Shown: positions 49,818 through 62,696 of the stretch, one piece after another | How positions within the stretch are numbered: the stretch's first letter is position 1 | Layout: every line of letters starts with the position of its first letter | From: Marsupella aquatica | Taxonomy: Eukaryota; Plantae; Marchantiophyta | Assembly: GCA_973895155.1 (NCBI GenBank) | Contig: OZ316894.1 | Span: forward strand, 16,910,216-16,974,215 | Length of the DNA stretch: 64,000 nt | Reading direction: 5' to 3' | Notes under the pieces: model-generated | What the model saw: the letters and a program-made list of their open reading frames with translations, nothing else | The model's database searches: none | What the model was told of the DNA's origin: nothing | Made by a program: the position numbers and the translations under genes

Positions 49818-51208
49818 AACGAGAGCAAGTTCATTCTACTTTAGTACTTTCTCGTAGACGACAGGCAAAGACCAAGCGCCTTCCACCCACGAGGGTGTGC
49901 ATCCTGAGCGTTGACCATTATTTATCCAGCAGCTGTCCATCTCAAGCGAAACCTACAGTAATAAAGCAGATTGGAACTTAAGAAAGCGCTGTGATAGCTT
50001 CGTCAGGTGATGGCCAGGTGGTGATTAGCTCGCTCAGGCGATTCGCCGCCTGCCCAATACCTGGCACCTAGATTTCGCAAGGTCAAAATGAAGGGCAGAG
50101 GCTGGTACGTGATTATGTCCCTTGGGTACGGGACACCTTTACCGCCAGCTCGCCACTGGATTGATTATTAGCTCATCCGACCTGCACTCTTCCTATTTCC
50201 CAACACTGCAGTCAGAATTTGGAGTCGCAGTTATGATTGTTGGCGAAGGAGTACGAATCGCGCTGTAGATTGTGGATAACAAGTGAACAATATTCCCTGA
50301 AAGTCAACAGAGTCTTGTCCAGGGCACGATATTGGTAACGCACAATTTCGTTGGGCGAGATTCACCGAGATTCAAAGAAGCCTACAGTTACTTGTCTGAG
50401 TACGAAAGACAGTTGGGCTGGAGATGCTTGGAGATGCTCAAGTACAGTAGTGTCTGGACATTCTAGAAATGCCGACCTCATACCACTTTTAGCTGTGTTC
50501 CCTCCTGCCCATCGTAAAGCACCACAGTAGGGTCTGCCTCAGCTACAGTTCCAACAGTTGGTATTAGGCACACACAAAACGAAGCATCGTCTGCCCCAGC
50601 CAGAGTTTAGTGGACTACCAATTTTGAGTGAGAACGCTCAATGTATCGAGTGCAGGTTCTACGATCTAACGTCAGACAATTCATGAAAAATCTGTCAACG
50701 GTGGACCACATATTTTGCGTTCAATTTCGAGGGTGGCGGGTGTTCTGACGTGACGCGAGAAACAATGAGTAATCTGCCAACAGATGCAACAGTTGGAGAT
50801 TCGGCCAGATTTCCTTTGTCCTCTCTTCCCTATCTGATCGTGGGACGAGACTTTTTTCCTTGATCATGGAGTGACGGAGTCTTTATCTATACGGTACATT
50901 TGTGACAATCTCGAAATGACATTACACGTGTAAGTATTTATCGTGTTTGAATCCTAGATCACATGGATCCTCTTTTGCCTTGGGAACTCAAATTTATATC
51001 CGTAAAATTATAGGATGCGGTAGGGAGACGTCACTGACCAATTCCCAAGGGCCCACGTTTTAGATGAGCTAGCAAGAAAATGATGTCACGTTAAAAAGGT
51101 GGTGTCCCATCACTCCATGTACCTTACTAGTTTACTGGCCCGAATGCAATGCATATGCAGGGAAGGTATCCCTACCCAGACGGCAATTCGTGGACCTGCA
51201 TATGTCGA

Positions 51209-51490
51209 AAATTAGTGCCTATGGTTTCACGCTAATGGTGAGATGATTATCCAATAAATTACTGCCTATGGTTTCACTCTATTGACTAAATCAGTACCGG
51301 ATAAGTTAGTGCATATGCCTTCACTCGATTGACTAAGTCATTATCATTACCAGATATATTAGTGCCTATGGCTTCACGAGTAAGTCATCAACAAATAAAT
51401 TAGTGCTATGGCTTCACGAGTAAATCATCACTTGATAAATAAGTGCCTGTTGCTTCACGACTTCACGAGTAAGTCATGAAAATAATAAAT
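51209..51490. repeat. Degenerate minisatellite, ~40-55 bp units with core tta(g/c)tgcctatgg(t/c)ttcac
   Basis: About six copies; linkers are related to each other (ga.taa.tcat). Confidence 0.85.
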
Positions 51491-52941
51491 TTAGATCATC
51501 AATCATAGTCATAAATTTAGATTTTCTGTAAAATGAAACTTCGACCCTGGCTTGAATGGAAAACACGATTTTCAGTTGACAACATTTCAACGGAGACCTG
51601 CGGTTGCAGACTTGAGATGAACACAATTTCGATCTATAAAACTTGAGATTTTCTGTAAAATGAAACTTCGGGAATGGAGACCTGTGGTGGTAGAGTTGTG
51701 ATTTACCGAACCGTTTAACTACTCATGAACTGTGTGCACCTTTTTCTTGGACGCGGATTTTGGACCACTAAACACACATGGTGAGAAATCGTCTCCGGTG
51801 GGCAATGACAAGCGCAAAGGCACAACAGCAGAGGTGACACGCAAAAAGAGCCACAGAACAAGGGCTCAAGGCTCAAGGCTCAAGAGCTACCCCTGATTGC
51901 CACGTAATGTAGATCGCCTTTGTTGCCAAGCAAGTCGGCAATCCTTGCATGCCCAAAACACCCACGCCAACACGTTTGGGCCGAAAAGTACTGTACATTA
52001 CAGTCCACAACTCAACACCGTGGAAGCAGGTCCTTCCAGCCATGCCTCCCTCAACGTGAAGCCCATGTAGACAAGTCAACTAACGCCATCGCCTTTTGTC
52101 TGGACTCTGTAGGTCGATCCTTGAAATTACTTTTAGAAGCAGAAAAAGCCTTATCCAAAACCAAAATAATGATCTCAAGCCGAATATCGAATGCCCGATA
52201 TCGAACAGAGAATCCACCATCAAGTATGCAAGAAAGCCGACAGTCAGTCTCATCAATGGTGCGGATAGGGCAAGACAAGTGAATATTGTTTACTGCAAGT
52301 TCGAAATCAGGGGCCGACATTGATATCGTACACAGAGATGGCCTGCTCCAGACCAGGAATTCTCTGAAAGTGACCCAGCCCATTGGTACTCTTCCGTGAG
52401 AGATCTCGATGATTACAGTACAGTAGCTCCTTCGTGCACCTACTTTTCAGTGTACCTTTGCTACAATTTGGCATTTCGGTCCAAATATTGGAAGGTGGTG
52501 ATATCTGGCAAACTAACTACAACCAGAATCAAAAAAATTATATCTGCATGGTCCATGATCAAACCATATCTCAACAATTAATGTGCCCCTGCCTTCAAGT
52601 GTAGAAAATATATACCCAGACTTTGGTCTGATGTAAGAACTTCCGTGGCTCGCCTTAGGGACTTCTTAGAAGGAATTCTTGAATAAGTTGTCCTCAACTA
52701 GTATCGCTGAATTTGTGCAGCACTCCTTCACGTGCCACACAAGATTTACCTGCTATTGTCGGGCGGCTCCACACCACATATGAGTCCTTATGTCACAAGA
52801 TGTTTCGAAGATGATGCGTGACGCTCAATGCTCATCAGGTGCCTCACCTGTGCTGAAGTTACAGCCTAGATGATGCCATTTCTTAGTGTACATGGTGCCA
52901 ATTACGAGTTGTGCACTCCTTGGCTCATTCGACCAAAAAGC

Positions 52942-55900
52942 CTACCTTCCGGAACTTTGCTCAAGGCCTCTCTTCGAGAGACTCGATGCAGTCCGCTGCA
53001 TCTCTTTGCGACACCGTTGAAAAATGTTATCATACAAAATGTCGAACTTAACACCTGCTCTATCCCTATCTATAATAAAGGTAATATGATCGGCTTCAAT
53101 TACTTCATAATACCTGCATGCCAAAACAATGCCCCGCGTATAATCAGCACTAGGTCCGACTTCACTTGCGGCCTGTAGAAAATGCTAAAATGTAGTACTT
53201 TATCTCCACTTCCGAATTTGGTCACGCAACTGCCCAAGCAGATATTTGTTCCACGTTGATCATGCTTAAACATTCGACATCCAAAATAATACTCACCAGA
53301 TCCCCGGTTTTGCAACATGTCCATCTTTGATGAGGTCCGGTCCCCACCGCTGATTAGGATGAGGTGTAGGAAGAGCAGGGAAGAGCTGAGATATCGTGTT
53401 CAAAGCGCCATCATTATCTTTCCACTCTTCGTCTCTGTACATTGGTTTCAGAAGGGACAATTTTAGATTAGGTCTCAAGCACATTTCTTGAGTTAATACA
53501 CCCGTACTGAAACGACCAAGTTCATCTAGATCAGCTTTCATGACCCATACGAATGCAAGAAGAGGCATTACTAAGCTGATTTGACCTAAGCACCAACAAC
53601 AGTCCTTCGACATCGGCTTACTGAGATGTCCGCACCTGTAACCCTCATAGGGAGGAGTTTTAAACTTCCAGAGGCAGATTTGCCAGGACCTTAGAAAAAG
53701 CAACGGGTGGATTCCCCCGAAAAAGCTTGGAACAGTCCAACCCCAAAGCTTTATGGTCTTCTTCGTTGCGTGACTGCAAGATCAACATCAGGATAGAAAT
53801 GAATCAAATATTGTTCGCTCCTTTTCCAAGAACACACTTCCTCCATCACGATCTGCTTGGCAATTTTCTTGTCCTGTAGTTTTTTCTAATTAATCAGAAA
53901 CAGCCTAGCCAATTGACGAGCCCTACTCGCAATCCACCTGGAATCTCTTCCATTCACTTCCAATTCAAATCTCTGCAGTGCTATCTACCAGTTTAATCAT
54001 GGTGGATTACCTGAAGTAATAAGTGTTGGGATAAGTTTTCACTCTGGAGTTGAACTTGATAGCTGAATGAATGCTCAAGTCAGGTAAAATCCAATTCGAA
54101 TATGCAAATGGGCCCGTCTGGCCCATCAATAAGCTAATCAAGCCTCTGAAGCCAATCTTCCGCCTGCTCAAATTGTAGTGATCAAATCCAAAAGAATAGT
54201 ATTGTTTCAATGCTGGAATGTCCAGCCACTCGTACACGAGAACGCCCACACGCAATATTTGTAGCAAGCACAACGTCTGCAGTTTCCGGCCATCATCCTC
54301 GCTGCAAGAGTAACCACTTGATGTCAGGTGCTGCATTGGAGATATCCGAATTCGAGTGCGAAGACAAAATTAAAAAACAAAGCCGAACATCACCACGATA
54401 AAGTCTCGCAGAACAGGAATCCAGAGGAAGTCACAACGCCCAAGAAATGCCAGATCCGTTGGTCAAATTAAAATACAACCGATAACCTTTCATTATCACA
54501 CTAAAATGCATCACGCAAAACCTATCTTGACCAATTATAGTATATGCGCACTGACCTAACACCGTCCATGTGAACCCTAGTAGTTCCATTGAGGGCACCA
54601 GATAGTGACGTTATACTCAAAATCCAATCTTCGTTGGTATTTAAATAGCCTGGAAATCCCTGCCACGCACACAATCATGTGCCCGTCAGAGACTCTCGAC
54701 AAACGCTTGGAAACAAAGGCCTGGAGAAGCCTGCGACGCACGCAGGTGCTCGTCAGAGACTCTCGACAAACTCTTTTGTTTGAATGGAAAATAATGCCAA
54801 CGGCCATCACAGCGCGGGAAGGACGGGAACACACTGTAGTCACTTTGGACAGAAAATTACCTGTTCAGCTAACAACTGTTGCAAGCAACGAGAAACCTGG
54901 ACACCGATGGAGTGTCCAACAATATGAATCGGGTGATTCTCGTTCCATTCGGGATAGTGTCCTGCAATCATGCCATGAAATGTAGATGCCAATCAGCTCC
55001 CCTGTCCCGCAGTCTCGTTTGGAAACTCTTCGTAACCAAGATACTAGGCAATTCGAGAACATGTGCCTAATCATACTCGCATAAATAAAAGGATCTATCT
55101 AGATTTGCCCTCCTCTCTTCTGTCCCGCCCCCTAAAATCCAGTGGTCACGGGGAGGACAGTTCGGCACGGGTCGCTCGTCTGGGTGAAGCACTCGTATTA
55201 GTACTCGTAGCAGAAGTAACTGCTCGTCAAGGAAAATCAACCTATACAACTTGGACAGCGATCAAGAGGTCATTTCCAAGCCTGAAGGAAGCTTGCTTCT
55301 TACCTTGTGCGTACGTCCGGCCAAAACGCGAGTGGCCATGATGTTGGGCACGCATACCATAGTCGACGGTCCCTCCCTTCAGATAATAAAATAGGTCGAC
55401 GGCCCTGGAGGCAAACGACAGTGCACACGCTATGAGCTTCTTTCTTTCCCTTACTCGAATAAGCGAGCATCCTGTATCACTATGGGCATGCCCCACGAAA
55501 AGATGACTATATTGTGGGCCAGGAAGTTGATGAAGTTAGGCACAGTCCCATCACAGAGACAAATGGAGAAACCATCCAAACGACCTACCGAAGGCACGGA
55601 CTGTTCCAACTGTAGTAACTCACATAATCTTGCTTCATGTACTTCCCTGCGATGGATTTTAACTCTTACCGGTCATGAATACTGGTCAAGGGGCCAAGAT
55701 CAGGAACTAGAACTTTATCATCCTTCAGTTCTGCGCCGGCCCAGTAAGAGAGACGTCCAAATTTCTGAATAAACGCAAGCAGGTTCCAAGGTTAACGGTT
55801 GCCTACAAGAGAGACGCCACACCTAAGTACTTCCGGGGGACATGCGGACGAAGTGAGGTCGAAATATTGCACCAAACATAAAAATCTGTGTTCGAATTTA

Positions 55901-56396
55901 TCTTCGAACGGATGAGAAAGAAGCTCGCTATCCTCGATCATACTAGCTGACAAGGGATCGATAACCATCCAATGCAAGTAAGGTGAAGTATGTCCTCAGA
56001 CATAGCAGTCCATAAATCAAACACGAAAACATTTGCCGGTGGATGGAGAGAGTCTCGTACCCCTTTTCCAAAACCAAATATGCCATGAACCATCACGATT
56101 GGAGCCTTAGTGTGAACATCCAAAGAAGAGATTGCCGAGGCACTCTTATTCCGATCGAGCGCAGAAGAGTCGCTCGACAATTCTACTGTGTTCCCGTCTA
56201 CAGCCGGAAATCCTCCAGAAACCAAAAGGGGCATCACCTTGCCGGATCTTTTGAGCTTCTCCTCCGTCAGGAATCCGACAATGTCCAGGAGAATCACCGT
56301 GGCACTCATCCATATTGCATATATGGCGTGAACTAATATGCTAGCGCATAACTCCACCATTGTGACAAGTATGTACAGTTGCAAGCGGATTGCCAT
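52942..56396 (-). CDS. Alpha/beta-hydrolase lipase (At1g10740-like family)
   Basis: Exons 56061-56396, 55670-55764, 55304-55404, 54861-54961, 54556-54659, 54011-54301, 53636-53773, 53297-53434, 52942-53113 (1476 nt, 491 aa); motifs PIVMVHGIFGFG, HIVGHSIG, WKDNDGALNTIS, EADHITF. Confidence 0.93.
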
Positions 56397-58158
56397 TCTG
56401 TTTCTCAGGTTCTGCAACATTCCAGCAAGACCCACACTCCGTCCTCGAGCTATACAACAGAATTTTTGTTCGACAGGAGTCGAACACTGCGAATTGGAGG
56501 GTGGACGCTATTCCCAGCCCGGCCTCCCCTGCTTGCCACTGAGTCCTCCACTGAGTCCTCCCTTCAATGGAAACGCGCTGGAAGGGCGGAGCGATAATCA
56601 GACCTGCCAATCTGAAGAAGATGCTCCGTGACACGAGCAATGGCCGACAGCATAGCACAGCGCAGAGCAGGAAGGCACGCCAAGTAAGAGAAGTAAAGGG
56701 AAAAAGAATGAGACGAGAATGAAAGGCCAGCAGGAAGCGGGCGAGCGGAGCGCCTCCAGAGCATCACACTCGCTCCCTCGCTGTTATGAACAAGATGCCC
56801 CACACACGGGACAAGCAGGGTCGCAGGGAGTGGTCATGCCCCAACCAAGGATGAGAAGATGCCGCCGGGAAACATCTGTTCGCTTGCTCTCAAAGCAGCA
56901 GAAGGTCACTCTACTGCTCACTGTCGCTCGTCGATCATTCTATTCTTCTCTGCTCTGCTCTGCTCTCTCTCTCTCTCTCTCAGCTCCGATGGGACCAGCA
57001 CTATCACAGACTGGATCACAGGAGAGTTCGGACCAGCGTCAACGAAAAGACGGAACTACTGTAGGAGCCAGCGCATCCAAACTTCCACCTGGGGCACGGC
57101 AGTCCTGCCCCGTGTGGTCTACAGTGGTCGCAAGCCGGGCCCTCAAGCTCGATGGACTTCTAGCGTACACCATCACAAGCAAACCAGGAGACCGATTCGA
57201 GCTGCTTAAAAAATGCCTGTTCCCCTCCTCCTCCACCTCCTCCACTTCCTCGAGGAAACACCCCCACAAAGCAACTGTACAGAGAACGACAAATTATCGG
57301 CTAGACCGTGAATCATTCCTCCAATAGTCCAATGCGCACACAGAATGTCAAATCCACCGCGCAGAAAAACAGAAAAGTACCGACCGAAAGTAGCTCACGC
57401 ATTAATTAACGGAAGTCACCGACTCACCGGTCCAGTCCTCCTCTGCTGCTCTGCAGCTTGGGAAATTCGGGTAGAAGTACCGGCATGAAACGCTTCCAAT
57501 TAGGTACACGGTACTTTTGTACGTTGGGGCTCTTGCCCCATATCTCGATTTGCTGGCCGTCCTGCCAGAGGGACACAGGCGGAGGACTGGAGGAGAGTGG
57601 TGGCGATGGTGGTGGAGAGGTGCGCAATAATAATAATAAATTCACTGCGGTGGAGGTGGTTGCGGACTCCTGGCGCTGACCAGAATGATGGTGCGCACGA
57701 AACGGACTTCTCTTCAATGCTGTCCACAATTCCATATTCCACTCCCTCTTTCCAGAATTCCATATTCCCTCCTCATCAGGAGACTCGTCACTCGTCAGCG
57801 ACGACACTTTCGAATTGCCTCGTCTCCCTTCGCCGGCGGTCTCCCGTTCGGACTTCGGAGACCGTTGCTTCGAAGGATCCGCCATAGCTGATCCGCCATC
57901 GCGTCGATGATTTCCCCTGCTTCTCAAACTGACACCAGTTGTTGTAGATTTTGAAACCGGTACATTGTCGTTTTGTTTGGTGATAAATAATTTTATTGTC
58001 ATCTGAATCCGCGTATGAAAGGTAAATTTTCAACAGACCAAAAAATATATATATATATTTAAAATGCTTTTGACTCTCAAGCAGCGAACAAATTCGAGGG
58101 GTATATGCTGCGAAATAGTCTACCCCATAGGTCCCCAAGGCAATTTTGCTACAAATAA

Positions 58159-58271
58159 GATTCTGTACATATAATTTTACTTGGTTGCCTTGAAATCCAA
58201 AGTAGATCCATCAAAGAAGATTCTGTACATATAATTTATTTTTTTGCCTTGAAACCAAAAGTAATCCATCC
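58159..58271. repeat. ~59-bp tandem duplication
   Basis: agattctgtacatataattt...ttgccttgaaa..caaa.gta..atccatc occurs twice. Confidence 0.8.
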
Positions 58272-59844
58272 AACAACATAGTATAGACCGCCAACTCCTG
58301 AAGCATGCACTTGTAGGTCACAAGGGGGTCATAGGGATCCAAGAGAGACCTAGACCAGGAGGGACAGAAGGTTGAACCAGAACCCCAAAGCTGACCAGTC
58401 AAGGCACCAGTCAAGACCTAAAGACAAACCAGGACTCCCACCACTACACCCCACTCACACACACATACCCTCCACAACCCTTGCATGTGGACGTGAACCC
58501 TGTGACCTCTCAGATATAGGCCTATACTCTGGCCAATTGACCAAAGCCAATTGGTTTGTACATATGATGTTTTTTGTTGATATCTACTTGCATGGTCCAT
58601 TGTGTGTTTCCCACCATAGTCCACTGCATCAGAGCATGCCATATGTGCATGTGGGGTATGGGTGTTCCATGCAGTTGTGGGGTTCAACTGCAATGCTGCC
58701 ATGTTTCTTTTGAGAGAGAGGGGGGCTCCGCCTTATCCTGATTAGATATAGTCTATTGAGTGGAAGCCAAATTTTCTAGTGTTGAGACCAAACACAACGG
58801 AGGATAGCGGTTGTCAGAGACAGAGACCTAATAACCATTGCGGGTGGGATTCTGGACAACTCCAATATAAATACAATTTCATGTCTGAATCACCTTGTGT
58901 CAAACAGATATGCTAATAATATTTTTTCGAGTTACCAAAATTAATTTCTGATAGTTAGATCTTGGTAGGTTTAAGGAATATTGCCAGATTTTTTGCCAAT
59001 TGCAGACAAAAACAACAACTAAAAGACAGCTGGACCTAGCACTTGAAGAGTGCCCACCTTGGTTAGTTTTTCTAGAGAAGGCCATGGGTGGGCCAGATGC
59101 TGATGAATTTCAAGTTGCCAGATGTAATCTCAGTCACCCATGATAAAGACCAAAGAGGAGTGATCAACTTGTTAAACCCTCTTTCTGAACTTTCATTACA
59201 AGCCATAATCTCTTACTATGGAAATCTCACACCAGCCTGGTGGCGAGATCCCTAAATTGTATTTTATTTTACGAGTACACAGCTCCTCCTGAGCATAGCA
59301 TGGTTGCGAGATGCTCAAATGAATGAACAAAGTTTCTAAAAGTTGTGACTTGGGTTTATGCTCAGTAACACATCCCGTTTTGAGGGACTACCTGATTTGA
59401 AAATGAACATTCACTGACTGGGGAATGTGGATGATAACCCATCCCCTTTAGAAGTTTATGGACTACACATTTTCCAGCTTGTAAATAGAAGTCCATTTAT
59501 TTGAACACCCATCTTGGATATGGTACATTGTAGGAAGTAAACAAATTTGTGTTTGTCCTTCTAACCACTTGAGAATAAATTGTGGATGCAAGATTTGCAG
59601 AGCACCATAAACTCCTGTAGGGAATGTTTCTTTGGTACCTGCCTTAAGAATTTGGGGCATGACCCTGCAGGTGAGGCCACAAAACCCCAATGTCAGCCTG
59701 GCCTGGGGATCCACATATTTAGACTTTCAAAAAATCATTTGGGCCTTTATGCTCAGTAACTCATTCTCAGCGGACAGCTGGGGCGTAATAAACTGTAAAC
59801 CCCTTGGCTAACCACCCTTGGTTCTAGCCCATTATCCGCAAGTG

Positions 59845-60012
59845 GGGATGGATGACCCCACCCTGTCTAGCAAGTCTTAGAGGATATCATTTTCATTCCT
59901 CTTGGGACTTTTGACATGCTCTAAAGAGTGGGTTTAGGGATGGGTTACCCTACCCTTTGTAGAAGAGTATTGGAGGATGTTATTTTCCATTCCTCTTGGG
60001 GCTTTGACATGC
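59845..60012. repeat. ~93-bp degenerate tandem repeat (related segment at ~59350-59460)
   Basis: gggatgg.t.accc.accct...gaggat.t.atttt.cattcctcttggg..tttgacatgc occurs twice. Confidence 0.65.
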
Positions 60013-61235
60013 ATTATAGATTGGGTGCTTTCGTATAACTTACTATTCTCCTCAAGGTGTATTTCATTTACTGACAAAACAGGTACAGTACTTCAACTAG
60101 TGGGTTTGCAAGGGGCAAGTGTGGCAAGTCATACGGTGCATCATTCTCTCTAGATATGCCACAATGGGACACTTAACCTTCTTGAAGTACAAGGTCATTA
60201 AGATGTCAAATTCTCTACGGCTTCCTAGAGTACTACATTCAATGATTTGTAAATCGGTACACTGTAGTTGTCATCAACGTGAATGCACGTAGGGGTCTCA
60301 AACGTATAGTTTGATCGACCTTAGCTTAGAAAATGTTATGCACCACCAAAATATATGATCTATAATTTTTTTCGTGATCTATAACTTTTTGTCATAAAGA
60401 TTGGTCATATGCCATGACCATAGTCACTGTACAAGCTACTGTAGTGAAGAAAAATTCAATTAACATAACCCTGTAAAAAAGCTGTGGTCATTTGTTTATA
60501 GCCAAAAGCCTCCATTTGTTATAACCAAATCCCTATCCAGCTTTGAAATGCTCTCTATTAAGTTTAATAGTATTACAAACATCTACACACGTTCGGGTTC
60601 TCCATGAGCTTTCATCTACGTTAAAGCTTGATATGGTGAGGCTTGAAGTACATATGTAATTGATCACTCTGGCTGTTTTTATATTGATTACTGAAGCAAA
60701 TCACTTACTGTGAGTTTAGCAATCGACTATCATCTTGCCATTATTTTTTTGTGTTCGCTTGCAGGATGAAAGTAATCCTTTCTGCAGCCAAGTTGCTGGA
60801 TTTACTCACTATAGTTTAGAAAAGCTGACAAGCGACCATATATGAACCAATGGGCTTGTATAGATGTATCTCCTTGCATCTCTCTTTTCCCATACATATC
60901 TTGTTCGGTCCATTTCTATTGCTCCTCTCCAACACTCACTACATTCTCAGGTCACACTGCAAAAATAATGTTCATTATTTATACTACAAATATTGAGGTC
61001 ATTAAAATAAGGATTTGTTCTAGATTTATTCTCTATCCAACGGTTTATTTCGGACTATCACATCAGGGGTCTCAAAGTTTTTTCACTTGGCTGAGTTTAT
61101 CGTAACTACAATCTGAGTGATATATAAGTTTCAAACCCGACTACAGTATCAGGAAAATCTGAGAGCTAACATATCCCCTATGTGTAAGAAACTGACTCCC
61201 AGGCTTGCATGTTACGCCTGCTGGGGGTGTGGAGA

Positions 61236-61560
61236 CTGCTTCACGATCTCAACCAGAGTTTCACGCATCTGGTTAAGCGAATCTGTGTCAATGCAAGACA
61301 GTTCTGTTGGAGCAGAATGAGACAACTTCGAGTTCCCTGCTTCACGACCTCAACCAGAGTTTCACGAATCAATGTCAATGCAACACAATTCTGTTGGAGC
61401 AGAATGAGACAACTTCGAGTCCACTGCTTCACGACCTCAACCAGAGTTTCACGAATCTATGTCAATACAAGACAGTTAGGTTGGAGCAGAATGAGACAAC
61501 TTCGAGTTCACTGCATCACGCCCTCAACCAGAGTTTCACAAATCTGTGTCAATGCAAGAG
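61236..61560. repeat. 87-bp tandem repeat, ~3.6 copies
   Basis: ctgc(t/a)tcacg..ctcaaccagagtttcac...tgtcaat.caa...ttggagcagaatgagacaacttcgagt at 61236, 61337, 61424 and 61511. Confidence 0.92.
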
Positions 61561-62696
61561 TTGCAGTTACTGTTTTTCTGGCTTCACAGTAGTGATCATC
61601 CATCATTTCACCCAGTCCCTTGACATATAACTCTAATGATGAAGTGCAGCGTACCAAGATTCTCCAGAAGTAGAGGTGAGATTCTGAGAAATTTAGAAAG
61701 TCGAGGCAAAGTGAAGAAACAGCTAGGAGCTGCTAGTTCTCGGAGTTGCTAGTGATAGTCGGGGAGATCATTGATCTGAGATGAAGTGTTAGCTTTGCTG
61801 AAATGACCATATTGTCCAGTCTCCTTTATTTGACAATGTCATCACATTAGACCTCTGGCGGAACTACATTCAGTCAGTAAAGCTCACTATTTCTCACCAA
61901 CGAAAGGCCAATGAAGAGTAGCCACGGTACAATACATCCGAGCTGCCTTAGATAGAATCCACTTAAGTGGGAATAAAAAATATGCGAACATGCTACAGAG
62001 GACATGAAAGAGCAATTATCAAAATCACCAGATACAATACGCATCTGATTTGCACGAGGCAGGCAGCCAATTCCTCTTGGCAATCTTTTACGAAATATCA
62101 AACTCCGTTCATTGGAAACCGTGTCCTGCTAACTTCTCAAACCATTCTTTCTTCTACAGGCCATGGCGACACAACAGCCCCAACCTCTTCTACCCTATCT
62201 TACAACCTTTTGGGGTTAACCCAATTAAATAGCATGAGCATACATAACCAATTAGTCTGAGAGAAGCAGGAGACAAAACTCCCTCCCAACGATTGGCCAC
62301 CTTGCTCATGGTGATCATCTGTACACGTTGAAGATTCGGCTAGAAAGCCCTGCAGCAATTCTTCAGTGACGGAGAATAAGGCTACATCGAGGACTGGACC
62401 TTGTTGACACAAGCTTGCCGATCTGCAGGTGCTAGCTGTCTGCATCATTTGGCCGGGCTCCTCAGTTGAGTAAGTGGGGTGCTAGCGTTGTCAGCAAGTG
62501 AATTGTTTTTGACTCGCTGAATACACTAGCAGGCTTCGATGGTGGATAAAAATTTCAGATCTGCAGGTGGTAGCCCCTTCCACCGCATACGTTCTCTGCT
62601 TTGGAATATTGAGATGAACGTCAACGAAGCAATTTTGTCCTAGTCCTTTTCACTAAAATACACAGGGCACAGTCCCGACAATGCTTCCAAAACATA

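Larger units (their letters stand above)
42974..50439. mobile_element. Non-autonomous PIF/Harbinger-like element carrying captured gene fragments (Pack-TIR)
   Basis: tta-GAGCATCTCCAGC at 42974 and tta-GGGCATCTCCAGC at 43030; inverted GCTGGAGATGCT (50417-50428) and TGGAGATGCTC (50429-50439). GRGCATCTCCA preceded by TTA is the Harbinger/Tourist signature. No transposase seen; right TSD imperfect. Confidence 0.6.

Noticed and set aside
51209-51490. CRISPR-like look (short conserved core with variable spacers)
   Set aside because: Cores are degenerate, linkers are homologous to each other and uneven in length, there are no cas genes and the context is eukaryotic: a minisatellite.
56719-57327. 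202-aa plus-strand ORF
   Set aside because: Runs through the (CT)n tract antisense to the lipase leader; no domain-like features.
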